A stretch of DNA of 64,000 bases from Gammaproteobacteria bacterium (lineage in GTDB: Bacteria > Pseudomonadota > Gammaproteobacteria > UBA4575): contig JBGCDS010000006.1 in the NCBI GenBank assembly GCA_045105615.1, positions 3,026 to 67,025 on the forward strand, in the 5' to 3' direction. The position numbers and the translations under genes are program-made. Positions 9,638 to 18,837 of the stretch are shown here, piece after piece. Each line of letters begins with the position of its first letter. The first letter of the stretch is position 1. The notes below the pieces were generated by a model, which saw only the letters and a list, made by a program, of their open reading frames with translations, was not told the DNA's origin and searched no databases.

Positions 9638-10186
9638 ATGTCAGATCGAATTGTCATGCGCGTAGGCGAATCATTAGTTGCAGGCGGACCTGCTGGTACA
9701 GCAGCAGAACCTGAAGTCATTATCGGCGAGTTAGATGGTCCAGTGGGCACTGCGTTTGCTACTTTATTAGGTGACCAAGTCAAAGGACACTCACGTGTTC
9801 TTGCTATTATGAACACTGATATACAAGTTCGCCCTGCTACTTTAATGGTCAGCAAGGTTACGGTTAAAGATGATCGTTACACAAATATTCTAATGGGTAC
9901 TGTGCAAGCAGCAATTGCTAACGGTGTTTTAGACGCAGTACGTAATGGCGACATTCCTAAAGAAAAAGCTAACGACCTAGGAATCATTGTTTCAGTTTGG
10001 TTAAACCCTATGGTAGCAACTGCTGATGATTTAGATCACAAAATCTTGTTTGATATTCACCGCAAAGCAATGGCGGGCGCAATTCATAAAGCAATGAATA
10101 ATGAGCCTAATATTGATTGGTTATTAGAAAACCAAGAAGAGATTACCCATAAGTATTACCAAATGGGATTAGACGGAAAAATTTAA
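9638..10186 (+). CDS. fae: formaldehyde-activating enzyme (Fae) family protein
   Basis: 182 aa. Aligns along its length with methylotroph Fae (VGE.LVG.G..A....IIG...G..ETAF...L......H..LLA.....P.TLM..KVT). Strong RBS aaggag upstream. Confidence 0.7.
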   Translation: MSDRIVMRVGESLVAGGPAGTAAEPEVIIGELDGPVGTAFATLLGDQVKGHSRVLAIMNTDIQVRPATLMVSKVTVKDDRYTNILMGTVQAAIANGVLDAVRNGDIPKEKANDLGIIVSVWLNPMVATADDLDHKILFDIHRKAMAGAIHKAMNNEPNIDWLLENQEEITHKYYQMGLDGKI

Positions 10187-10221
10187 TCTGTTAGGCCTGC
10201 AAGACAGAGACAGTAAAAATA

Positions 10222-11292
10222 TTGTCTCTGTCTTCACCGCCAAAAGTCTATGTAGCTTTGCTTCTATCTTATTACAAGAAATTCATCTTTACAGTTTTCG
10301 CACTCAGTTGCGTTTTACTCATCACCGGTTGTGAGCCAGAAAAGCCTGGTCCACAGATTACTGGTAGCACAATGGGCACAAGCTATAGTGTTCAGTGGTC
10401 TGATACATCCATCTCACTTTCCACCCCAGAATTAAAAGACTTAATAGAACTACGTCTAGGCCGAATTAATTCGTTAATGTCGACGTATATCCCAAACTCT
10501 CAATTAAGCGGTTTTAATCAGTCGCGTGAAACTGGCTGGCATGCAGTCGATAGTGAATTAGCTAAACTTATAAAATTAGCATTATCGATCAGTGAAAAAA
10601 CCGATGGCGCATTCGACATTACAGTTGGACCATTAGTTAACTTATGGGGATTTGGTCCAAGCGACACAGCTTTTATCTTTCCCACAGACACAGAAATTAA
10701 TATTGCTAAGCGCAGTATTGGTTACCAACATCTTGAAGTGCGCATTGATCCACCTGCGGTGAATAAGAAAATTGCAGACCTGTATGTTGATTTATCCGCC
10801 ATTGCCAAAGGCTATGCGGTTGACGAAATTGCACAGATTCTTGATGACAATCATGTACGAAACTACATGGTTGAAATTGGCGGAGAGGTTAAAGGCAGTG
10901 GTATTGCTCCTCATGGCAACCCATGGCGAATAGGCATTGAAACACCTAACTTTGAGCGCGGGAAAATAGAAAAAATAATTTCTCTACAGAATGTCGGTGT
11001 AGCAACATCTGGCGACTATCGCAATTTCATCAAGCATGAAGGTAAGCGTTATTCACATACCATAGACCCACGTAATGGATATCCTGTCAGCCACAACTTA
11101 GGCTCGGTTACGGTGATACACCAATCTACTGCCATTGCAGATGCTTGGGCAACTGCATTTATAGTGTTAGGCCCAAAGAAAAGCTATCAACTAGCTAGCG
11201 ATAACAATTTATCAGGTGTGCTCATCACACGTGAAGGTATTAATCATACTTCGACCATATTCGGCAAGATGCAATCTTATCTTGCACAATAA
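10222..11292 (+). CDS. apbE: FAD:protein FMN transferase ApbE, lipoprotein
   Basis: GSTMGTSY (GxTMGT) motif, lipobox LLITGC. The start codon is uncertain: TTG at 10222 sits inside a hairpin, and an alternative TTG lies at 10258. Confidence 0.8.
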   Translation: MSLSSPPKVYVALLLSYYKKFIFTVFALSCVLLITGCEPEKPGPQITGSTMGTSYSVQWSDTSISLSTPELKDLIELRLGRINSLMSTYIPNSQLSGFNQSRETGWHAVDSELAKLIKLALSISEKTDGAFDITVGPLVNLWGFGPSDTAFIFPTDTEINIAKRSIGYQHLEVRIDPPAVNKKIADLYVDLSAIAKGYAVDEIAQILDDNHVRNYMVEIGGEVKGSGIAPHGNPWRIGIETPNFERGKIEKIISLQNVGVATSGDYRNFIKHEGKRYSHTIDPRNGYPVSHNLGSVTVIHQSTAIADAWATAFIVLGPKKSYQLASDNNLSGVLITREGINHTSTIFGKMQSYLAQ

Positions 11293-11382
11293 ACTTGCTT
11301 TTTAAAAATCACATCACGACAAATTAATTTGGTCATGGATATATATAACGCTCTAAAAACAACATTTATCACACAGGCATAA

Positions 11383-11412
11383 AAAAGCCGCTGACTCTCA
11401 TCAACGGCTTTT
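11383..11412. terminator. putative bidirectional rho-independent terminator between apbE (+) and the VPLPA-CTERM gene (-)
   Basis: aaaagccg ... cggctttt stem with a 14-nt loop, flanked by A/T runs. Confidence 0.5.
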
Positions 11413-11432
11413 AATCTTTATGGATTAAAGAA

Positions 11433-12104
11433 TTATGCAGTTACTTTTCTAAACCCAAATAGCCCTAACAAGCCCATCAGCATCATTGGCAATGCTGCCG
11501 GTAGTGGCACTGGCGCACCAAAACCAGCAATGTAGAAATCCCTACTCGCATTCCCCGCAGAGCCTGGACCACCAAGTCGTATAAATTGAATTGTGCTTTC
11601 GATTACCTGACTCATTAAAGCTGTCGAAACTGAGGCCAGCGCAAAATTTTGAACAGCACCACCATCAATACTCACACCAAAATTCTCTTCAAAAATAGGA
11701 TCATGGTTACCATTGCGGAAATAAATTTCACCAACACGAATTGGGTCACTTATTGTTAACGTAATAGTTTCACCCTGATTAAGAGCGTCTGAATCATTGC
11801 CTGCACAATTATCAACTGCGCAAACACCTAAGCCACCCGGAAGTAGGGTGCCATTATCATTGAAAGGATCATCCAACCATGAAACAACGCCGCCAGAAAC
11901 ATTAACACCTGTTATTGAAATTCCCGGGTTGGATTGACTCATAAAACCCGCTGTCAATTCACCTTCATCCATTTCTGAAACTTGGAAATTAAAAAGTACA
12001 GCGCCATCAGGAATATCGGTACTTGGGTCTGGAGTGATAGTCGCTGCATTTGTAGTGCCAATTACTAACGCTAGTAGCATTAGCGGCATAAATATATTTT
12101 TCAT
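11433..12104 (-). CDS. secreted protein with a C-terminal VPLPA-CTERM (PEP-CTERM variant) exosortase sorting domain
   Basis: Signal peptide. C-terminus GAPVPLPAALPMMLMGLLGLFGFRKVTA = VPLPA motif + TM helix + basic tail. Confidence 0.65.
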   Translation of the reverse strand: MKNIFMPLMLLALVIGTTNAATITPDPSTDIPDGAVLFNFQVSEMDEGELTAGFMSQSNPGISITGVNVSGGVVSWLDDPFNDNGTLLPGGLGVCAVDNCAGNDSDALNQGETITLTISDPIRVGEIYFRNGNHDPIFEENFGVSIDGGAVQNFALASVSTALMSQVIESTIQFIRLGGPGSAGNASRDFYIAGFGAPVPLPAALPMMLMGLLGLFGFRKVTA

Positions 12105-12450
12105 CTAACCAACCTTAACTTTTTGAATTACAGAGATATATTAAGAATTCAATACTACACGAGGCGGCAAAAATGTGACAGATTTATAATAATTGCCAGA
12201 ATACCAGCAATATTATTAATTTTTAGATACATGTCAGTGAGTTATATTCAGTCTGAACAAATTGCCAAAAAAGCATTTGATTTAAAATTTCAATCATTAG
12301 CCCAACATAGATCCGTCGGATTAAATCACAACAGACATAGACAATTTAAAGACCTCTATTTGGCTAATAAAAATATCTCTACCGCCCATTGTAGTTTTAC
12401 TAAAGTTTGAGTAAATTTAATCAATCTAACATTTATAATCTATTTTACTC

Positions 12451-13350
12451 ATGATTAATTTACCCACGGTTAAACAGCTTCGTTACTTAATAGCACTGGA
12501 GAAACACCTGCACTTTGGCAAAGCTGCCGAAGCTTGCTTTGTCACACAATCGGCATTCAGCGTAGCCATCAAAGAATTAGAAAATACCCTGAATGCCTCT
12601 TTGGTTGACCGCACCAATCGAAGTGTCATATTCACATCAACTGGCACATTGGTAGCCCAGCAAGCGCGACTAGCCATTTTTGATCTTGAAGGCATTATTG
12701 ATATCACTAAATCTAGCCAAGAACCGCTAAGTGGCCCTTTAAAAATGGGTGTTATTCCTACCATTGCTCCTTTTTTGTTGCCACGCATTTTGCCAGTAAT
12801 TCGCAAGCAGTATCCAAAATTAGAACTGTACTTAAAAGAAGAACAAACCAACCGTATTCACCAACTATTACTAGAGGGTGAACTCGACATCTTACTACTC
12901 GCATTACCAATTAATTTAATCAACACAGAATCTGTAAGTATATTCAACGACCCTTTTAAACTTGCTTACCGCAAAGGCACTAACTTAATTGACCCGGAAA
13001 ATTTCTCTCCCAATAAATTAAATGAAGAGTCAATTTTATTATTAGAAGATGGTCACTGCTTACGCGACCATGCAATGAGCGCATGCAGCCTCAGTAAAAA
13101 AGAAAAGATTAGTAAGTTCTCTGCAAGTAGTTTGTATAGCTTAATTCAGATGGTCGATAGCGATCTCGGCATTACTTTCGTACCTAAAATGGCTGTAGAT
13201 AGCGGACTACTCAAGCAAACCAAAGTAGCTACTTCTGAATTAAAAGAAAAGTCTTATCGTGAAATTGGATTAATGTGGAGAAAATCTAGCGTACGCAAGC
13301 CAGAATTTAATTTATTAGCTGATGTGATTCGTAACTGCATGTCTTCTTAA
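12451..13350 (+). CDS. oxyR: LysR-family hydrogen peroxide-inducible genes activator OxyR
   Basis: Strong similarity to E. coli OxyR: SGPL..G.IPT..P.LLP.I.P.....PKLE.YL.E.QT, and LEDGHCLRD.AM..C with both redox Cys (C199/C208 equivalents) conserved. Confidence 0.8.
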   Translation: MINLPTVKQLRYLIALEKHLHFGKAAEACFVTQSAFSVAIKELENTLNASLVDRTNRSVIFTSTGTLVAQQARLAIFDLEGIIDITKSSQEPLSGPLKMGVIPTIAPFLLPRILPVIRKQYPKLELYLKEEQTNRIHQLLLEGELDILLLALPINLINTESVSIFNDPFKLAYRKGTNLIDPENFSPNKLNEESILLLEDGHCLRDHAMSACSLSKKEKISKFSASSLYSLIQMVDSDLGITFVPKMAVDSGLLKQTKVATSELKEKSYREIGLMWRKSSVRKPEFNLLADVIRNCMSS

Positions 13351-13720
13351 GCTGACCATCAACCTCGCCAGGACGTGTTAACAGGTATGCAAGCAACGCG
13401 ATCATTCCAACACCTAACAAGACTAACACTACTACATTAGAAACTATCATTGCTGTTATCACAAACGACGTGATCATCGACGCGCTTGCCAATACCTTTA
13501 CTTTCTGAGGAATGACATGATGTTGCTGCCAATTTTGTATGGATTCTGAAAAGGGTGAATGGTAATACAACCAATCATGAAAACGTGGTGATGACTTACT
13601 AAAAGCCCAAGTCGCCAATAGCATGAAACAGGTTGAGGGTAGTAGCGGTAAAAATGCACCCAGCACACCTAGCACTAACGAAACACCCCCTATTAGTTTT
13701 AGTATTAATATTTTCATCAT
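13307..13720 (-). CDS. DUF454 / YbaN family inner-membrane protein
   Basis: LLPSTCFMLLATWAFSKSSPRFHDWL motif typical of YbaN. 137 aa. The 3' end overlaps the oxyR 3' end (convergent). Confidence 0.7.
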   Translation of the reverse strand: MMKILILKLIGGVSLVLGVLGAFLPLLPSTCFMLLATWAFSKSSPRFHDWLYYHSPFSESIQNWQQHHVIPQKVKVLASASMITSFVITAMIVSNVVVLVLLGVGMIALLAYLLTRPGEVDGQLKKTCSYESHQLIN

Positions 13721-13870
13721 ATTGACCTTGAATGTAATTCACCGACCGACTAGAAATATTTCCGAGGCCCGCTAGATAATGAATTATGTACGAAATACTA
13801 AAATCAGTAAATTGAATTAATTATATTACAATGATTCATCTATTAAATGAGAGGAGAATTACACTATGTC

Positions 13871-13894
13871 AATAAAATAAGCCCCGCAGGGCTT
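13871..13894 (-). terminator. rho-independent terminator for the MATE transporter gene
   Basis: On the minus strand: aagccc-tgcg-gggctt followed by attttatt. Confidence 0.55.
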
Positions 13895-14086
13895 GGGCGA
13901 GGCTTATCAGCTTAAGTCAGAACAGGGAGGCTATTACTGACTATCACTCAATAGTCAGCAATTCTCATACCAAAATTCTTAGACTTTAATATCAACCGCT
14001 TAGCCGCTTTAAGACATATGACTAAACAATTACGCACCAAGTCCGTACTTAATTCGCTTTATTCCAGAGCAGTGTAAAACGACCAA

Positions 14087-15466
14087 CTAATCAATCACTT
14101 TCATTGTTTTCCAAGGTCCTTTATAAAAACGCATAAAAAACACTCCACAGTACAAGATTACATTTAAAGTGATAATGGACCAAAGCACATAAATATTTGC
14201 TTCAAAGTTTTTAATATATAGATAGCAAGGAATCACTAGTAATAATCCAGAAATTATAAAACTCATTTTCATAATGAAACGCGTATCACCAGCCCCTTCT
14301 AATGCACCGAGAAATACTAAAAATAACGCATCAAACATTCCAAAAAATGCAATAAACTTTAACAACACCACAATCATCTCAACACTGCCTTGCATATCAC
14401 CCAAACCATCTTTCAATGTAAATGGATAAATAAACACTTTAGGAATCGATATGTATAGCAACGCCAACACACCAAAAAATGCTAACGCAATATGGACTGC
14501 TGACCATGTTGCCTTCTCAGCCAGCAGCGGTTTATTCTCTCCCAACCTCTGCCCAACTACTACAGCGACCCCAATCATTAAGCCTACCATTGGTAAAAAC
14601 GATAACGCATTAATATTGAATGCAATATTACTTGCAGCAAGTTCGCGCGTTCCCAATGTTCCAATAAACATAAGAAATGCGGTGAATGCGGACATATCAA
14701 TAAACAGTCTCAAACCATTGGGAAAACCAAAATACACCAGGCGGTTGAATAACTTCTTGTCAAATTTCCATGCAGATAATAATTGAAAACGACTTCTATA
14801 CTGACTTTGAAAGATCAATAGCAGTAGAACTATTGATCCTGTAATCACAGCAATATTGGTTGCAGTTGCTGCACCACGAATACCCATTTCAGTAAAGCCA
14901 AATTTCCCGAATATGAAAATGTAATCCAATAGGATATTCATTACGGTAATTAATACACTCACCCACATAATCACCATAGTCTTACCTAGACCCGAGAAGA
15001 AACTAGACAGAGTATTATTTAATACCACGAAGAACGCGGAATACATTAAGATCTTAAAATAATCTACTTCTAATGATTGAAGCGATTCCGAATGATCGAT
15101 TAACGCAAAAAACTCTTCTGCCCAAAGATATGCCGGAATAATAATAAATATAGACAAACCACTAAAGTAAATACCCTGCCAGACTACCGCACCTATTTTT
15201 TGTTCTTCGTTAGCGCCAAAATATTGCGCAACAAATGTATTGACATAGGCAGCCGTCCCTATAAACAAACACATCATGGCAAAGCTAGCCATCCCCGCAG
15301 GCATGGCTGCAGCAATCGCTTCTGACGAATACCAAGACAAAAACATGCGATCTACAAACAGCAATATGCTCCATGCGCCGGTGCTGAGAATTAATGGCAC
15401 AGCAATCACCAATACTTCACGATAGCCACCATCGTCAGACCAACGTGTTTTAAGTGCTTTTAACAT
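14087..15466 (-). CDS. MATE family multidrug efflux transporter (NorM-like)
   Basis: 459 aa, 12 TM, typical MATE N-terminus. Confidence 0.85.
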   Translation of the reverse strand: MLKALKTRWSDDGGYREVLVIAVPLILSTGAWSILLFVDRMFLSWYSSEAIAAAMPAGMASFAMMCLFIGTAAYVNTFVAQYFGANEEQKIGAVVWQGIYFSGLSIFIIIPAYLWAEEFFALIDHSESLQSLEVDYFKILMYSAFFVVLNNTLSSFFSGLGKTMVIMWVSVLITVMNILLDYIFIFGKFGFTEMGIRGAATATNIAVITGSIVLLLLIFQSQYRSRFQLLSAWKFDKKLFNRLVYFGFPNGLRLFIDMSAFTAFLMFIGTLGTRELAASNIAFNINALSFLPMVGLMIGVAVVVGQRLGENKPLLAEKATWSAVHIALAFFGVLALLYISIPKVFIYPFTLKDGLGDMQGSVEMIVVLLKFIAFFGMFDALFLVFLGALEGAGDTRFIMKMSFIISGLLLVIPCYLYIKNFEANIYVLWSIITLNVILYCGVFFMRFYKGPWKTMKVID

Positions 15467-15530
15467 TATGAATTGTGATCCACTGTTCTGCCAGTAGAGA
15501 ATAGTGCTTAGCGTTTGCTTGGACTAATCG

Positions 15531-16556
15531 CTATCTGTTTGAACTGTTATCTATAAAAGGCTGTATACGTTCTTGGGTAGCTGGATGAGTAGACAGATAA
15601 GAAAACGCATCATCTTCATGATCTTCGCCATGCTCTCCAGTAATTTTTTGCAATATGGTTGCAAAGTGATTGGTATCCATATTATGTGCAAGCATATAGT
15701 CTAACGCATATCTATCTGCTTCCAACTCGAATTTACGCGAATAATTTGTTTCCAATAAAATAATGGGCATAGCTGCTGCAAACCCACTTGTAGAACCAAC
15801 ATCACCAGTCACTGCAGTTAATAATAGAGCAATAGCTGAACTCTGCAAGACTGATCTTAAACCATGTTCATGCACAACATGGCCAATCTCATGTGCAAGC
15901 ACGGATAGCACCTCATCATCATGATCTGCAATGTCTACCAATTCATCAGTCACTATTATATGTCCTGAAGGCAATGCAAATGCATTGGCTCCAACCCCCT
16001 GCCTGAACAACAATTGATAATTATGTTCATCATTAGAGTTCTTTACCATGACAGAAAATTTATTTTGTAACCTTTGTTTAGTCTGCTCATCAAGATCAGA
16101 CGCACTCAATATTCCCTCATCTAATATAGACAAAGTGCCTTCGGTGAGTTTTTCGTCAACGCTAACAGGCAATGCCTGTGCAACTGTTTTCGCCAACGCA
16201 GGAATACCATGCACAATCATGCTCCAAGTAAAGCCAGCGACAATCACTGACGCGAGCAATACATAATGCCAACGAGACTCTAAACCATGTAAGTATTGAC
16301 TGATGACAGAGCGAGAATATTGATCCTCTAATCGATTGATCTCTTGGTGGGCATTCGCTTCGCATTTCGCGCCATTAGGCAGCTGCAAACTTCTGACTGT
16401 ATTGCCCAATTGACCACCAACCTTAAGATCTTGCCAATGACAACTATAAGACACTTCAGAACTGATAAAATTAGCTTTACCATTATCACTAACTACAACA
16501 GTCACTAATTTTCCTACCGGATGAACTCCGTCATAATATGTCGCTTCGAATTTCAT
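15531..16556 (-). CDS. M48 family zinc metallopeptidase with N-terminal extra domain
   Basis: HEIGHVVHEHG (HExxH) and a downstream E..EAD motif. 341 aa. Confidence 0.8.
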   Translation of the reverse strand: MKFEATYYDGVHPVGKLVTVVVSDNGKANFISSEVSYSCHWQDLKVGGQLGNTVRSLQLPNGAKCEANAHQEINRLEDQYSRSVISQYLHGLESRWHYVLLASVIVAGFTWSMIVHGIPALAKTVAQALPVSVDEKLTEGTLSILDEGILSASDLDEQTKQRLQNKFSVMVKNSNDEHNYQLLFRQGVGANAFALPSGHIIVTDELVDIADHDDEVLSVLAHEIGHVVHEHGLRSVLQSSAIALLLTAVTGDVGSTSGFAAAMPIILLETNYSRKFELEADRYALDYMLAHNMDTNHFATILQKITGEHGEDHEDDAFSYLSTHPATQERIQPFIDNSSNR

Positions 16557-16558
16557 TA

Positions 16559-17665
16559 TTACATAGCAATATCAATATCTAGGAAGTCACCCATCTCACT
16601 ACCTACAGTACCTACCTGTTCTTGCTGATTGGCTGTAATAACCTTCAAGTCAGCTAACGATGATACATTTACACTTTCAATGCGATATCTAGCGAGTCTT
16701 ATCTTAGCCCAAGGAATCAATAACCCAACACTCAGTATTATTCCTAGCGTATTAGTTAAATAAATAAATAACATTTTGCCTGTGCCTAGTTTTCCATTAA
16801 ACGCCATCAAAGGCACCGTCTGCGCAGTCAGCACATGCGCAGATGCTTTATTTAGTGAAGTGTTAGACCACACGGTATTAAATACATTTGCCTGCACATA
16901 GGCATACGCAAGATAATAACCCATAAAATAAACAACCGTGGCAAACACTATCGACATTGACGCCATTGAAGGCGTAGCAGAGTTAGCCTCAGGATCAGCA
17001 TTCATCGCACCCATTATAGAAGTCATGCTGGCTCCAGACATTACAACAATGATAACTAGAGTTAGTATCATTATTATCAAACCGATAATATGATATTTAT
17101 AAAATGCTTTTATAGAACTTTTGAAATGAAATATATATTGACCAAATCCGTGGTTGTCTACTCGATACTTTTGTATCGCATGAATTAACCATGGGTAAGC
17201 CAAACCAAGCGTAAGAATCACCAATAGAGTTAAACCAATGAATATTTTCACAGCATCCACCAGATTTCTCTGGAATGAAAAATTTAAATTTCGATATGAC
17301 GTATAGCGTGCATTAAACATCATGCTACGCATCACCAACCAGGGGGTAAGCAGAAAGAACAACGCAAAAAATATAAGATTAGCTAACGGATAAAACTGAG
17401 AAAGAATAGACACTGCCACTAATGCCGATACGACAATAATACGCCCTTTTAATATTGCGATAGGACTTGCAGTATATTCAAAAGGCGAACCATCAAGCAC
17501 TGTATTACCGTAAAAATATTGTTTGTTACGTACTTTAGCCCAAGCAGAATAAATACCTAAAGTAATAATACTGAGCAATATATTTACAATCCAAACACGA
17601 AAGTACTCACCAGCCTTACCGTTGAATTCAAGCGTTACTGGCTTGAGCATTTTATCTTCCATCAT
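16559..17665 (-). CDS. DUF898 (YjgN) family inner-membrane protein
   Basis: F.G.AGEYF.VWIVN.LLSIITLGIYSAWAKVR...YFY.NT.LDG..F.Y signature. 2-bp gap to the M48 gene. Confidence 0.75.
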   Translation of the reverse strand: MMEDKMLKPVTLEFNGKAGEYFRVWIVNILLSIITLGIYSAWAKVRNKQYFYGNTVLDGSPFEYTASPIAILKGRIIVVSALVAVSILSQFYPLANLIFFALFFLLTPWLVMRSMMFNARYTSYRNLNFSFQRNLVDAVKIFIGLTLLVILTLGLAYPWLIHAIQKYRVDNHGFGQYIFHFKSSIKAFYKYHIIGLIIMILTLVIIVVMSGASMTSIMGAMNADPEANSATPSMASMSIVFATVVYFMGYYLAYAYVQANVFNTVWSNTSLNKASAHVLTAQTVPLMAFNGKLGTGKMLFIYLTNTLGIILSVGLLIPWAKIRLARYRIESVNVSSLADLKVITANQQEQVGTVGSEMGDFLDIDIAM

Positions 17666-17803
17666 TACGAATCCTCAACACAGTCTAAATAATATTAAAT
17701 ATAAAATTTAATTGAATTTTACAATATTATTTTAATTTTCCTGTAAAACTAGACCTCTAACAGCTCCACATGGCCTGATGAGCAAGCAGACCTACTTAAC
17801 GGT

Positions 17804-18697
17804 CTATTCACGCTGAGTAATTCTATTTGATATCTTGCCAATATTTTCTACTTCACATTCCACTAGGTCACCCGGCATAAGAAACTCTGGTGGTGTGCGC
17901 GCATAACCAACACCACTAGGTGTCCCAGTTGCAATTATATCGCCTGCCTCAAGCTCCATCCCCTGTGATAGCACAGAGATAACATTAGCAATTGAAAAGA
18001 TCTGATGCTTGGTATTGGACGCTTGTTTCAAATCACCATTCACCCAACTTCGCAACTGTAGATCATGAGGGTCTTTTATCTCATCTGCCGTCACAATCAC
18101 TGGCCCCATGGGGCAGCAACCACGGTAACTTTTGCCAATGTAAAATTGTTTGTGCCACTTTTGTCTATCGCGTGCAGTCACATCATTAATCACCGTATAA
18201 CCAAATACATGCTGCATGGCATCTTCCTCACTGATAGCAAAACCAGGTTTGCCAATGATGACACCAAGCTCTGCTTCCCAGTCCATTTTTGCAGATACCT
18301 TGGTATCGATCTCGATATCACTATAAGGCCCATTCATACTATTAGCGGCTTTAGTAAAAACAATCGGCGACCTGGGTAGTTTTACTTCTTCTTGTTTAGC
18401 AGCTGATGTTTCAGAGACGTGATCGACATAATTTAGCCCAAGACAGATGACATTTTGGCGCGGCCTAGGAATAGGTGAGCATAACGTGATTTGCTCACCC
18501 ATTACGCAATGCGCATCTTGCGCCGTTTGGCTAATTGTTACCAAGTTATTCCAGGCTGAATTGCCGGCATCTAACAACGTCAGCATAGAGTCGATAGCAG
18601 CATCCCAGCTTGGGTGTTTATTTGGTAGAAATATGCGCTCACCCTGCTCAACCCCTAACCACACCCTGTTTTCATACTCACAACTAACTAAACGCAT
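17804..18697 (-). CDS. fumarylacetoacetate hydrolase (FAH) family protein
   Basis: 297 aa, FAH C-terminal catalytic domain motifs (ICLGLNY..H, GTPSGVG). Confidence 0.8.
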   Translation of the reverse strand: MRLVSCEYENRVWLGVEQGERIFLPNKHPSWDAAIDSMLTLLDAGNSAWNNLVTISQTAQDAHCVMGEQITLCSPIPRPRQNVICLGLNYVDHVSETSAAKQEEVKLPRSPIVFTKAANSMNGPYSDIEIDTKVSAKMDWEAELGVIIGKPGFAISEEDAMQHVFGYTVINDVTARDRQKWHKQFYIGKSYRGCCPMGPVIVTADEIKDPHDLQLRSWVNGDLKQASNTKHQIFSIANVISVLSQGMELEAGDIIATGTPSGVGYARTPPEFLMPGDLVECEVENIGKISNRITQRE

Positions 18698-18837
18698 AAT
18701 GCCCCTTATCTATCCTTTATTTGTCATTCATCCATTGCTGCTCTAACCGATATTCGGTACAAATCGCAAACACATGATGTAAGCTTGAGCGTCATACACA
18801 GGTCTATTCTGAATGTACATACAACCAAAAGCTTAAC

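Noticed and set aside
12123-12410. 95-aa ORF in the AT-rich oxyR / VPLPA-CTERM intergenic region
   Set aside because: Lies in a low-complexity AT-rich divergent promoter region with no RBS and no similarity. More likely non-coding regulatory DNA.
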